Origin: Eledone cirrhosa
Lineage: Eukaryota
Length of the DNA: 64,000 nucleotides
Direction: 5' to 3'
Assembly: GCA_964016885.1 (NCBI GenBank)
Contig: OZ024744.1
Coordinates: 97,836,001 to 97,900,000, forward strand
Part shown: one piece after another, positions 38,821 through 52,444 of the stretch
How the letters are laid out: each line of letters opens with the position of its first letter
How positions within the stretch are numbered: position 1 is the stretch's first letter
Notes under the pieces: model-generated
The model's input: only the letters and a program-made list of their open reading frames with translations
Database searches by the model: none
Told to the model about the DNA's origin: nothing
Made by a program: the position numbers and the translations under genes

Positions 38821-39020
38821 TAATAAATGGTTTGAACAGAACTTTGATTCATGTGATTTCTATATAACTGCTCTGTAGAACAACCGATGTTATTACATTG
38901 AGCTACTTATCTTACTGGCAATAAGTAGTAATAAATTACTGTCTTTCATTGTTTAGGGTTTAAAATATATATAACTATAAAAAGTTTTAGTATATACATA
39001 ACCATAAATAGTATCCTTAA

Positions 39021-39066
<46 letters not shown>

Positions 39067-39160
39067 TCATCTTTTTCCATTTCTCCGGGGGTTCTTAAAC
39101 CCACTATCAGGCTAAATAATTTCTTTAATTTCTTTAGTCAAAATACGGTGATAGCTTATA

Positions 39161-39247
<87 letters not shown>

Positions 39248-39572
39248 CATTTATATATATACATATATATGTTTCTAATAACAGTTCACTGGTTATAAAC
39301 GAACGACGTATAACGAAATACTGTCGAGGTTATTTTAAGTAGGCCGTTTAATGAAACACTTTCTTCGCTATGTTAAGTAGAATAGATAAAAAAAAAAAAA
39401 AGGAATCCACATTTTACAGTTTAAGTACAGCTTTATATGAACGTGTTGACTTTTAAAATTAATTTTACGGGATGTGTGCATGTGAACACATTTTGACAAA
39501 CTTAAATGATTTATTAATTCAAGAAAGTGTATACATTTGTATACCCATGCATATAGATAAATAAATATGTAC

Positions 39573-39657
<85 letters not shown>

Positions 39658-39936
39658 TTAAACAGTTTCATTTTTACTCTGGTTATGGAAAAAAAAAAAG
39701 GTCCAGATTTATAGTTATTTGTCAAATGTTTTGTGCAATTCTGGTGGCAGTGTCCTCTAATTTCCGCTACAGAAGTAACATATCTCTACATCAATCAATT
39801 AATCACAGCCGCCATTGCTATCTCATTGCGGAGTTCATAATATTCTCCATATCTCTTCATAACCTCCATTTATATCAACTCTATTTACTTCATCCTTCCA
39901 TCTTATATGGTGTCATCTACTGTTTCTTTATCTATT

Positions 39937-40033
<97 letters not shown>

Positions 40034-40085
40034 ATTTGTGTGCGTGTGTATTTATATATATGTATACATATATTTACACACACGC

Positions 40086-40150
<65 letters not shown>

Positions 40151-40597
40151 CACACAAATGGAAGTTCAGCATAATCGAAGCTCTGGCTGCAGCTAAGCTA
40201 ACGAATGCAATCGGAATGTGCAGCTAAGCACTCAATAAGGTATTTTACCTTAGAGTTATAACATTACGTTTAGACAGCTTTGCAAATTGAAGACAGCGAC
40301 CGGTAAGCCAGCCGCAAGGAACAAAGCAATGAGGAGACTGACTCAGGAAAATATGACAAACCTGGACCATCGCGTCGATATTACGCAATATCTCCGCTAG
40401 GTTTCTGTGAATACGAAATCAACAAAATCCACTTGCGGGGTATGCAAGTTATTGGTTTTGGAAGATCGAACAGAGGTTTCACTTTCTCAACAGGTATCCG
40501 TTCTCTGCCGCGCCGGTTGTGATTTTTAGCAGTAAGCACTGCTGGCGATCACATAGTTTTCCCACAGGAGGTAACCCCCGGTTTTTGGCGGTCAAAA

Positions 40598-40661
<64 letters not shown>

Positions 40662-41706
40662 AAAAGAGTCAGGACCCTGACGGCGAGCTCCGGCCGTTTC
40701 GGATCTAGCTGTTGAAACGGTCTGAACTCAGCCGTCGGGGTCCTGACTCTTTTTCTATTACCCACTCTACTACCCTAAGTATTGAGTACTCTGGTGCGTT
40801 ATGTTCCATCTGGTTACTTACCACAACTCCTTCATTATATATATATATATATATATATTGGTAAACGGAATAGAAAATGCTGACAAATTGTTCACAGTTG
40901 AAAAATGGTTTAATTAGGAATAAAAGAGTATTAGTGATTGTATGGGTTAGTATTCAGTTGTGGTTTTAAGTTTTTAAGTTTTTACCGGTTGCGCATTTCT
41001 AAATGCTTTTCAAAAATAATTTTGAGATAGAGTGTCCGTGCTGTTTGCTCTGATCTGATTAGTTTTGGGAATTCTACCTGTTTTTATGTTAAAAAAATGG
41101 CTCCAGCGTTATTTTTGTGTTGCAAAAATGCTTGTGGTCAAAACAATTTTGATTGGTCGGTAGAGGTCATGTGAATGTAAAAAGTTGATTTTGCGCCAAG
41201 ACTGTTTTTATGTTAAAATGTTAGAAAAGTGGCTCCAGCAAAAATTATGGTCAAAACAATATATCATATATATATGTTTTGAAACAGTGAGCGAGTTTGA
41301 AATTAGAAAATATATAGCTTTCACCGTATTTTTAACTAAAGGAATTTTAGCTTGATAACGGGGTTTAGAACCCTCAGATAAATGGAAAAAGATGAGTATT
41401 GACATATATATATATGTATGTATATATATATGTATGTATGTATGTATGTATATATATGTATATATATATATATGTATATATATATATGTATGTATATATA
41501 TATGTTTATATGTATGTATATATATATATATGTATATATGTATATATATAAGTATGTATATATATATGTATGTATATATGTGTGTATGTATATGTATATA
41601 TGTATGTATGTATATATGTACATATATATATATGTATATATATTTGTATATAAATATATATGTATATATATATATATGTATATAAATATATATGTATATG
41701 TATATG

Positions 41707-41767
<61 letters not shown>

Positions 41768-41858
41768 ATACTTTGGGAGGGTCATGTTGCCAAAGTATAA
41801 CAATATCGGTTTCAACACACGATTTCAGATAAAGAATCTTGCTAAACAAATTCAGAAA

Positions 41859-41942
<84 letters not shown>

Positions 41943-42001
41943 GTATGTATATATATATATATGTATGTATATATATATGTATATATATATATGTATATAT
42001 G

Positions 42002-42065
<64 letters not shown>

Positions 42066-42067
<2 letters not shown>

Positions 42068-42480
42068 CGGGAGAGATGACCCCTTAGCCTTTGTCAAGGC
42101 AGAATTCTAGGAGAAGGAAAACTCTGATATAACACCTGCAACCTTGATGGTATCCAATGATGTTGACTTGTTCTTCTTTTTGGTAAATATCATCTTGGTT
42201 AAGAGAGTGGGACTGGCTTTGTGCAGTGCCTTTGCTCACTATAAAAGCTTCACGGCACAGGCATTGCTTTATATCTGGAGATCTCTCTGCACTTGTCGTC
42301 ACATGGTACCATGGGCCCAGCACTATGTGTCAATAATTGTCACAAGTGTAGTGTTTGTACCAGAGTTTTCAAGTCGCTGGCTGGACTAAAAAGTCACACT
42401 CGTTCAGCGCATCAGTAGGGGTTCTCCTACATGGATATAAAGTAGTGGCCGTACTCGAAAACGAGTTGGCAGCCACCATA
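42066..42480 (+). mobile_element. Short RTE-derived element (5'-UTR-like piece plus ORF end with a C2H2 finger)
   Basis: CTAGGAGAAGGAAAACTCTGA motif resembling RTE 5' UTRs; CSVCTRVFKSLAGLKSHTRSAHQ* at 42347-42418; terminal hairpin CTCG AAAA CGAG; (TA)n flanks. Confidence 0.55.
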
Positions 42481-42588
42481 TATATATATATATATATATA
42501 TAGAGGGAGAGAGAGAGAGAGAGAGGGGGGAGCGAGAGAGAGAGATAGAGAGAGAGAGAGGGGCAGAGCGAGAGAGAGAGTTAGATAA

Positions 42589-42634
<46 letters not shown>

Positions 42635-42635
<1 letters not shown>

Positions 42636-42685
42636 TGTTTCTTTATTAGCCACAGGGGCACAAAAGAAGGGGACAAATACAAAGG

Positions 42686-42686
<1 letters not shown>
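42635..42686 (-). mobile_element. ~50-bp 5'-truncated Tx1-family 3' end within (GATA)n
   Basis: Minus strand reads GCCCCTGTGGCTAATAAAGAAACAT + (ATCT)n. Confidence 0.75.
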
Positions 42687-42720
<34 letters not shown>

Positions 42721-42722
<2 letters not shown>

Positions 42723-45034
42723 GTTTCTTTTATTTGCCACTAGGGCATCAAAAGTGGGACAAGTACAAAGGAGGGAGTTTACACAAAAAGGCGTCCTCAA
42801 TAAGGAGGAGGCAATAACAAAATATAAAAATAAAATAAGATATAACAAAAAATAAAATTTTTAACAAAATCCTCAATAGAGAGGAGGCGCCTTGGGGGGT
42901 CGCACACACCCCCGAAAAAAGTGTGCAACCCTTTTCCTCAGGAGCACAGAGAGGGGGTGCTCCCTCGTTCCTTCCTCCTTTCCACCTACAGGCTTATGTA
43001 AAGAGAAGGCCCATTCACACGGGCCATTCTCGCCACTTTCACCCACCTTTCATAAAAACGACTGGGGTGCAGCACCTCTCTCTCCATCCTGATCCTTCTT
43101 CCGAAATGATATCGGAAGAAACGGACCAGTTGTTGGCCAGAGAGAAAGGTGCCTGACCTCAGTCCTTTCAGACGCGTCCACCATACAACCTCTTTCGCCA
43201 TGGCTATTACGCACAGAAACACGGCCTCTCCTTCGTTTTATCTCAACAGAGAACTTCACCCATTTTTAAATGGGTGAAGTTCTCTGTTGAGATAAAGTTT
43301 GGCCCTTCGGTCTGCACCATAGGGTTATTGTTTATTAATTTAACCAGTTTTTTGTTTTCTTTATTTATATATGTGTATTGCAACGTCTTTGTTTGTGATG
43401 CTGTCAATGTTTCGGAGAGGGGAGGCGCAGATTTATTTTTGTTTGTTGAGGGTGGGGTGTTTTTGATTGGAGTTGGTGTTTGTGTGTGGGTTATTTGTGG
43501 TGTGCTGGGTGTGTGTTTTCTTTTTTTTCTTTTAACTTGTCTGAAGGCTTCTCCTCCTTCTTCTTCAGAAGTTGGGGGAAACTCTTCAGCGCTAGGTGGG
43601 AGGGACGTGTTGTGTGGTTGTTGTTTTTTTTGCGGGAGGGGTAGATTTGTTACTGTTTTTTTTATTATTTGTTTGGAATGGGTTTTGTGGTGGTGGTAAT
43701 GTTTGTGTCGTGCTTGTGGTTGGTGATGGTGGTGGTGATGTTTGTGTTGTGGTTGGTGATGGTGGTGGTGATTTTTGTGTCGTGCTTGTGTTTGGTGCTG
43801 GTGGTGGTGATGTTTGTGTTGTGTTTGTGGTTGGTGGTGTCTGTATTTTGTTTGCTGTGTGTGGTATTAGTGTATTTTTGGAGGTGGGTGGTGTTGGTGT
43901 ACTGTTTGTGGTGGGTGTGGGCAATAGTCCTTTTTGGGGGATACGTTTCGGGCAGTTAGCCTTAACGTGTCCCCTTTCCGTGCATAAATAGCATGCTGGT
44001 CTTCTCCCCTCTACAATTATATCTATTGGGGTGAGGTCATCCAGCCAGATGCGATCCGGGATTTGTGCTATTCTTTCGGGCCTCATTTGGACTAGTATGT
44101 CGAGGCCCATTCCCAGGAACGCATCTCCAGTTGCCTTCCCCATTGACAGCATTGTGTCTTCGCCCATGTCTATGAAGCCAGCAATAGCCCACCAGAAGTC
44201 CATTGTGGGCAACATTGTTTTTACTTTTACTCTCTGTGTTCTTCTACCCATGTAGGAGGGATAGAAGCTGTATGTTGTCGATGAGAGTGGGCTTAGGGAA
44301 AGCTTCTCCGCCGTTTCCTTGTCTTTTGTTAAGACCGAAATGCTGCCATAGAGTCGGTCCTTTCGTATGAAGAGAATATTCTTCATATAGTCTTTTAGGA
44401 CCAACTCTATTTCCATTTGGCTGGGCTGTGCTGGCTTTCTTGTTTGGTTCAATATAGTTCTGAAGAGAACTGTGCTCTCTGTTCTCGCTTTCTTGAATTC
44501 TGGGGGGGGGGGGGGGAGTTAATGGAAAACATTCCGTTCTCCCCCAAGACTATTTGTTTTTTCGCTTCGGCCAGTTTTTCTCTGGCGGCAGTTAAGTCAA
44601 TTGGTGTATATGTTATGGACTGTTTTGTTTTCTGGGCGAAAGTTGCCCTGTTGTTATTTGTATTATTTTCTGTTTGTTTGTTTTCTGTTTGCTCATTTTC
44701 CTTAACATTTGTTTTTTCATTTTCCTTGTTTGTTTCGTTGTCTAATTTTGTTGTAATTATTTTTTGTTCTTCAGACTTGGGGGGGCGTGGCAGAGCTAAT
44801 GGCAGACATGTCTGCCATCTTTTCCGCCATGCTGCCAAGAAAGAAATTTTTCAGCAAAAAAATAGATATTTATTTTACCCCCTAAAAAGGGGGTAAATGC
44901 AAAAATGTTTCCCTAAATAACAGGGGTTAGTGTTCCAAATGTGTTGCACTGAAAAATTTATCTGGTACTTACTATAGTAAGGGTAAATCCCGATGGAATA
45001 GCGGAGCCGATGTGAAGCGTGTCTTACTCTATCA
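42721..45034 (-). mobile_element. Internally deleted Tx1-like LINE inserted in (GATA)n
   Basis: Frameshifted ORF1. Only the last ~80 codons of ORF2 remain (AMAKEVVWWTRLKGL..ERWVKVARMARVNGP, matching the ORF2 end at 12224). (GATA)n on both sides. Confidence 0.9.
43290..44838 (-). pseudogene. Tx1 ORF1, frameshifted
   Basis: VEGRRPACYLCTERGHVKANC knuckle and PSYMG motif, homologous to ORF1 at 6673; split ORFs 44449-44838 and 43592-44452. Confidence 0.85.
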
Positions 45035-45242
45035 AGATAGATAGATAGATAGATAGATAAGTTTTAAACTATTTAGGACATTATTCAAAAGAGTATTATG
45101 AATCCAATCTCTCGCCTTTTCTGACCACTCGTGGTCACTTACTTATCCATTCTATTTCAACGATTATATTAATTTTGACAACGTCATTGAATTTTCTTTT
45201 CGGATTTTAGATCCATCTTTGTTTTTCTATGTTGATAAAACC

Positions 45243-46297
45243 GCTTGGCGAAGAATAGAGACCCCACTACGCTTGGCGAAGAGTACAGACCCTTCTACGC
45301 TTGGCGAAGAATAGAGACCTTCTACGCTTGGCGAAGAATAGAGACCCTTCTACGCTTGGCGAAGAGTACAGACCCTTCTAGGCTTGGCGAAGAATAGATA
45401 CTCTTCTACACATGTGTGACAGCTCACACCTATGCAGGTTTAGCTGGCCTCCTCCAAGGTATATCTCATTGAAGGTGTCTTGGATAATTTAATGATAGGG
45501 ACCCCAGTCCTATCATTTTTTTTTTACAGCTGAGTAAACTGGAGCAACGTGAAATAAAGTGTCTTGCTCAAGGAAACAACACATCACCCGGTCCAAGAAT
45601 CAAACTCACAACCTTTCGATTGTAAGTCCAATGCTCTAACCACTAAGCCATATGCCTTCTACGCTTGCCGAAGAATAGATGCCCTTCTACGTTTGGAGAA
45701 GTATAGATACCTTTCTACGCTTGGTGAAGAGAACAGACCCTTCTATGTTTGGCGAAGAGTACAGACCCTTCTACGCTTGGCAAAGAGTACAGACCCTTCT
45801 ACGTTTGGCGAAGAATAGATACCTTTCTACGCTTGGCGAAGAATAGATACCTTTCTACGGTTGGCGAAGAATACAGACCCTTCTACGTTTGTCGAAGAAT
45901 AGAGACTCTTCTACGCTTGGCGAAGAATAGAGACTCTTCTACGCTTGACGAAGAGTACAGACCCTTCTACGCTTGGCGAAGAACAGAGACCCTTCTACGC
46001 TTGGCGATAAATAAAGACTCTTCTACGTTTGGCGAAGAATAGAGACCAATGTCGACGGCTGACTATGAGAGAGTGTAACGTCGAGAATGACACCACAACG
46101 ACTGGCTGTACCAGTTGCGGGAACATGATGATGGTCTCTCTACGTTGTTTGAAACATGATTTAATCCGTTTCTCTGCTTAACATCATCACGTAACACTAA
46201 CTGCCTTGGGTGTTTTTAGCGGAGTTCGTTCTGTTACAAACACTGGAGTCATGTCTCCGGTTTGAGGACGAAATACTAGCTCAACATTGATCCAAAC
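45243..46297. mobile_element. Second copy of the 28-bp-array dispersed repeat, interrupted by a family-2 SINE (45410-45655)
   Basis: Same unit and tail as 32435-33260. Confidence 0.8.
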
Positions 46298-47177
46298 ACA
46301 CATATATATACACACACATTCACATACACATACACACATATACATACACACTTACATACGCACACATATACACACACATGCATATATACACATACACACG
46401 TACACATATACACACATACATACATACACACACACACACATACACATATACACACACACATACACACACACACATACATACACAAACAAACACACATACA
46501 CATACACATATACACATATACACATATACACATACATACACACACACACATGCACATATACACATACACACACATACACACATACACATACACATGCACA
46601 CACACATACACATATACAAACACACATGCACACATACACATACACACACACACACACATATACAAATATACACGCACACATACATACACACATAGACACA
46701 CATATACACATAGTATAGACACAAGGCCATTAATTTGAGAGGAGGGGAAAGTCGATTAAATCGGCCCAGTGTATTACTGGTACTTCATTTTATCGACCCC
46801 GTAAGGATGAAAGGCAAAGTTAAACTCGGCGGGATTTGAACTCAGGCCGTAAAGGGCCGTAACTCTATACTGCAAAGCATGGCGTCCGACCCTCTACCGA
46901 TTACTGCCAATCCAAAAATGTGTATTTCTATTTTCGGGACATGCCCAGTAATTTGAGAGATGGGGAAAGTCGATTAAATCGACACTAGTATCAAAGTGGT
47001 ACTTTATTTTATCAACCTCTGATGGATGGAAGGATGAAAAGCAAAGTTGATCTCGACAGGATTTGAACTCAGAGTGTAAAGAATAGAAACAAAATATAGC
47101 ACGATATTTTGTCCGTCGTGTTAACAATCCTGCCAACATAACAAGCAAATAAAGGTTATATTATATATTCCGTTGGC

Positions 47178-47712
47178 AGGGCGGTGGGTTGGCAGTATCG
47201 GTAGAGGGTCGGACGCCATGTTTTTTTTTTCACGCATAGAGTTACGGCCCTTGCCATTCTGAGTTCAAATCCCGCCGAGGTTAATTTTGCCTTTCATCCT
47301 TACGGGGTCGATAAAATAAACTACCAGTAATGCACTGGGTATTTGCTGGCCTTGCGACAATAGTAGAAACAATTATTTTATGTTTTGGAAGCTTCGGTAG
47401 CGGGTCGGACGCCATGCTTTCCAACATAATTACGTCCCTTTATGGTATGAGTTCAAATCCCGCCGAGATTAATTTTGCCTTTCATCCTTACGGGGTCGAT
47501 AGAATAAAATACCAGTAATGTACTGGGTAATTGCTGGCATTGTACCAAAAGTAGACACAATTATATATTCCATTGGTTCAAACGATCTGATTATTGGTGA
47601 TAATATATGAATAGCTACTAACTACAATATTGGTATATTATTTTTATTATTCTATTTCCTTCGCACTTTTCTATCTGAATTCCGTGTTTGGCGTATATGT
47701 ATGCATATATGA

Positions 47713-47744
<32 letters not shown>

Positions 47745-48005
47745 ATGCTTGTGTGTTTGTGTGTGTGTGTGTGTTTGTGTTTGTGTGTGTGCATATATAT
47801 ATATATGGAAATATATCATTGGTGAATTGGCAGTATCGGTAGAGGGTTGGACGCCATGCTTTCTAGCATAGTTACGTCCCTTTGCAGTCTGAGTTCAAAT
47901 CCCGCCGAGGTTAACTTTGCCTTTCATCCTTACGGGGTCGATAAAATAAAGTACCAGTAATGTACTAGGTAATTTGCTAGCCTTGTGCCTAAAGTGAAAA
48001 CAATT
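47178..48005 (+). mobile_element. Cluster of three family-1 SINEs (47178-47375, 47395-47560, 47820-48005). Further plus copies at ~20110-20215, 59240-59390 and 60425-60530
   Basis: Conserved boxes and body. Confidence 0.85.
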
Positions 48006-48830
48006 ATCTACAAAAGGCAGATTGTTGTTCCATGTTTATACATTTGCACAATTTCAAACCGATTCGACTCAAAGTCTGTAAGAATGTTGTAAATGGTCTA
48101 ACTTAGGTCAAAGACTATTTATTTCATTCACACTCACCCAAAGTTATGGAAATAATCGATAAAACTAAATACATGACCCTTTACCCCTCTAATACAATAA
48201 GATTTCCTCTCTCTACTCCCCTTAAACTTTAAGAGAGAGAGAGGGAGAGAGAGAGAGAGAGAACGTTTGTTTTTGAGTGTGGAACGGTCAAACATTTATT
48301 TACTTCAATGACAAAGAGAACTTATTACATTTCATACGAAACAACAATTATTCAAAAGCAACAGATAAATTTATTCAACAACAAAAAAAAATAGCGATAA
48401 ATCTTTTTTAAAACATCTATCAACGAACGTGGAAGAAAGAAGTATCAGTTCATTTACTATACACAATAATATCCTCTATGTGGTCACTAAACCTGCTAGA
48501 AACAGCAGCTAACTCTCCCCCATATCACATCCCTCTCTACTGTCTTAAATTTAGAAAACACACATTAGACAACCATGCAGAACAACTCCATCGCAGCTCT
48601 GTTGTTCGGCTGGCATCGTCTACGCGCGTGTTGCGCAAGTACTGTGAAACAATAAATTTCAACACTTCTTTGCACAGAGATAATATCCATAGGTGAAACT
48701 ACAATTGTCACTGCTGGCGCAGCTCCTGCTTCGGCAGTCCAGGTCTGCAATTTATTCACCCAGAGCCTGGCAGACAAAAAAGTGGTGCCATAAAATGGGT
48801 GGTGCAACCTAACTTTGGTAACTTACTGAC

Positions 48831-48857
48831 CCCGAGCAACGCCGGGCTTTAATGCTA

Positions 48858-48858
<1 letters not shown>
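48831..48858 (+). mobile_element. Helitron-like 3' terminus
   Basis: GC hairpin CCCGAGCAACGCCGGG, 8 nt, then CTAG|T. Confidence 0.6.
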
Positions 48859-48911
<53 letters not shown>

Positions 48912-48940
48912 ATATATAAACATATATATATATGTACATA

Positions 48941-49030
<90 letters not shown>

Positions 49031-49224
49031 CATGTATATATGTGTGTGTGTGCGTGTGTATATGTATACATACATATATATATATGTGTGTGTGTATGTG
49101 TGTGTATTTAATCAAATAGCTCTGTAGCATACATTTCCTTATTGTAGGTCGACTTTTCTTGGCCACAGCCAAAGCTTCAAGTTAACTAAGCTTCCACTTG
49201 TATATATATATACGAACCACAGGA

Positions 49225-49602
49225 GGTCAAATATATGACCAAACGAACCACAGGAGGTCAAATCCTATGTGGGCATGGCGGGGGGGGGGGCGATTCAAGG
49301 AGCGTTTCCTGAACCACCCGTCCACCTTCAGATACCCGGACAGACGTTCATCCACGAAACACGCGAGCCACGTATGGTCCCTCAAGGACTCAAGTATAGG
49401 CTACTCCATTCAATGGAAAGCCATTACTAAGTCCAAACCATACGCAAGGGAAAATCCGACGTCTGGCTTATGTATTGACGAACGAATAACTATCCTAAAG
49501 AGATTATGCAATAGTGATTGCCTAAACACGAGGAGTGAATTTTTCACACGTTGTCCACACGTCACCAAACATCTATTGCATAACTACAATGCTCCGGACT
49601 GA
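49225..49602 (+). pseudogene. PLE GIY-YIG C-terminal fragment
   Basis: FKERFLNH..STKHASHVWSLK..IQWK..GLCIDE..LNTRSE..CPH. Confidence 0.85.
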
Positions 49603-49629
49603 TTCTTAGTAATTTTGTTATAATTTTTT

Positions 49630-52020
49630 AGAAGTCTATAGAATTATTCTGGGGTGAGGCTCCCTGTAGTGTTTGTGTTTGCTATTGTTAAGTACATTTG
49701 ACCTCTACCATTATTTTGGTAGTGTTGTTGGTGTTGTGGTCAGCTTATGTCTTGCTTCTGTTGACAATTTAGAAGTATCTGTGTGTGTTTTTTCTTCATC
49801 TCTCCTGCCACCATCTCTCATAGTGGTGGGGGGGGGGGGGTTCTTCCATGTATATGAAGAAATATAAGGCAATAAATAAAGAAAACAGAAAATAAATAAT
49901 ATTATTTGTATAATTTGAAAATAAGCTCTCGTATGAAGCTCTCATATTCCACCACGAGAAATCTGGCCCAACACATAGCTAGCATCAACAGGAGTAGGCT
50001 TAAAAACCACACACAACCAGAAGATGGCAATACAAACACTCAGCAGAACCATGTGAAAGGAAGGAAGGGGGGACCCAGAGCCCACCCAAGAAACCCAAAC
50101 AGATCCGGGGACCTTCCACCGTGCCTGGGGGAAGACCAACATGTAACACATAACGGGAACCCTAATATAGGCACGCAGAGGTCGACCACCCTCTGCAACT
50201 GCAGAAACCCCGAATCATGCCCCCTTGGTAATGAATGCCTCAAGAAGAACCTAGTATACGGTTGTAGGGTTAAAACCCCCAACTCCGAACACCTCTACAT
50301 AGGAGCCACATCAACGAGCTTTAAAGACCGCTGGTACAACCATCGCCATTCATTCAATAAGGAGGCCAAAAGGAAAAGCACAGCTCTCTCCGACCTGATC
50401 TGGAAGCTTAAGCTGGACAGGACCCCGTACTCTCTGGCCTGGTACATAATCAGGAAAGTACCACCCGATAAAGGGGGATCTTGCATATGCAAACTATGCC
50501 TGAACGAGACCCTCGAGATACTAAGAGGTGGAAGCGGCCTGATAAACCTCAGAACCGACTTCTTCGGGACATGCAGACACCTTAGAGCCGGGATCTTCCT
50601 TAAGATATATGGACAGTAGCAACACAAGAAGATGTGAACTCCCCTCAAGCTATAGGAACTTCTACTGAACATGTAAACACCTCTCAGCCAGACCTCCCTC
50701 GAGCTATATGGGCAGTAACAACACCCTAGGTTGTGAACTCCCCTCAAGCCATAGGGAACAACCCAGGCTGAGCAGACACCATGATAGCCTAGAGATTGAA
50801 TCGGACACAGCCATTATAATTTGGCCAACATCTATATAACACAAACACATTTTAATTTACTTGATTTCTGACCTTCAAGTCCCAATTTTAAATCTTGATT
50901 TCTCTTTATTAATTTGTTATTTGTTTTCTGCCCTCTTCACTGTATCACCTTATATTTATTTTAAAGTTGAGATTGATTATTACACAAACACATTTTGTTT
51001 GATTATCTTATTTTAACATCTTGTTCCTCATACCAATCTATCCAACATATTTCTGACCTTGAGATTGGTTATAGCACACACACACTTTATCCTACTTTAT
51101 TTGAATCTTCATTTTATTTTTCACTTCTCCATATTCATTTTCATTACCTTTTCACCAATTTTTCATTTATTCTTTATTCTTTATTCTCTATTTATTATTT
51201 ATTTTCAAATTATACAAATTATATTATTTATTTTCTGTTTTCTTCATTTATTGCCTTATATTTCTTCATATACATGGAAGAACCCCCCCCCCCCACCACC
51301 ACTATGAGAGATGGTGGCAGGAGAGATGAAGAAAAAACACACACAGATACTTCTAAATTGTCAACAGAAGCAAGACATAAGCTGACCACAACACCAACAA
51401 CACTACCAAAATAATGGTAGAGGTCAAATGTACTTAACAATAGCAAACACAAACACTACAGGGAGCCTCACCCCAGAAAGAATTCTATAGACTTCTGACT
51501 GAGGAATGCTCTCAGAACTGACCAATGGGAAGTTTGACGCTTTTTTTGTTATTTTGTTACTTTAACACCTTGTCCCTTCTACCATTTTATCAATTTTTTA
51601 AGCTAACTCCAACAATAGCAACACTTAGAATGAGGAATGTTCTAACAACTGACCAATGAGAGGAGAAGAGGCCCTTTGACACTGAAATTCGTTTGTTTGA
51701 ATTCATATGATTCCAGTTCCTCAGTGAAATAACAACCCAACCAGGAACTGGGCATATCAGAGTATTGACAATATTATACACCTCAACAACATATGTACTT
51801 GTCTATACCACACTAATTCGGACTGCCTGAAGAGGTCACAGCCAAAGATGGCTGTCACTGAAATATATATAGCAGCAATAAACGAAGCTAAATTTTAAAC
51901 ATTTGACTTTTTATTTAACTTTATTTTACATTACTCCGGAGTAACCAAACCAACCTGCGCACTTCGTCGAGTGCTCCAGCCTGCATACTGAGGTGTTGGT
52001 ATACAACCAACATATACTCA
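49630..52020 (+). mobile_element. 5'-truncated PLE with an inverted 3'-UTR segment at its 5' end
   Basis: 49630-49924 is the reverse complement of 51199-51496. GIY-YIG frame to 50619 (CNC..CPL..LVY..YIG..FKDRWYNH..CKLCLNE). Hammerhead near the 3' end. Confidence 0.9.
51823..51875 (+). ncRNA. Type I hammerhead ribozyme
   Basis: CTGC-CTGAAGA-stem II (ACAGCCA aaga TGGCTGT)-GAAA-TATAT-ATA-GCAG. Confidence 0.8.
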
Positions 52021-52037
52021 AAATCTATCTATCTATC

Positions 52038-52078
<41 letters not shown>

Positions 52079-52122
52079 CTATATATATACCGTATATATA
52101 TATGTGTGTGTATATATATGTA

Positions 52123-52223
<101 letters not shown>

Positions 52224-52254
52224 CATTGATAAATATGGTGGGTCCGACAACCCT

Positions 52255-52299
<45 letters not shown>

Positions 52300-52408
52300 T
52301 ATTGAAGTTTCCGTTGAAAATTGAAAAAGTCATAGGAGTGAAGAGTGCTCTATGTAGGTTACAGAGCTAAATTTAATGTATAATAAACAATACAATATAA
52401 TTTACCTC

Positions 52409-52440
<32 letters not shown>

Positions 52441-52444
<4 letters not shown>

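Larger units (their letters stand above)
34435..39026 (+). mobile_element. Penelope-like element (Naiad-type) with pseudo-LTRs
   Basis: Direct pLTRs at 34480-34837 and 38670-39026; short inverted pLTR piece at 34435-34479; RT + GIY-YIG ORF; (TA)n flanks. Confidence 0.92.
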
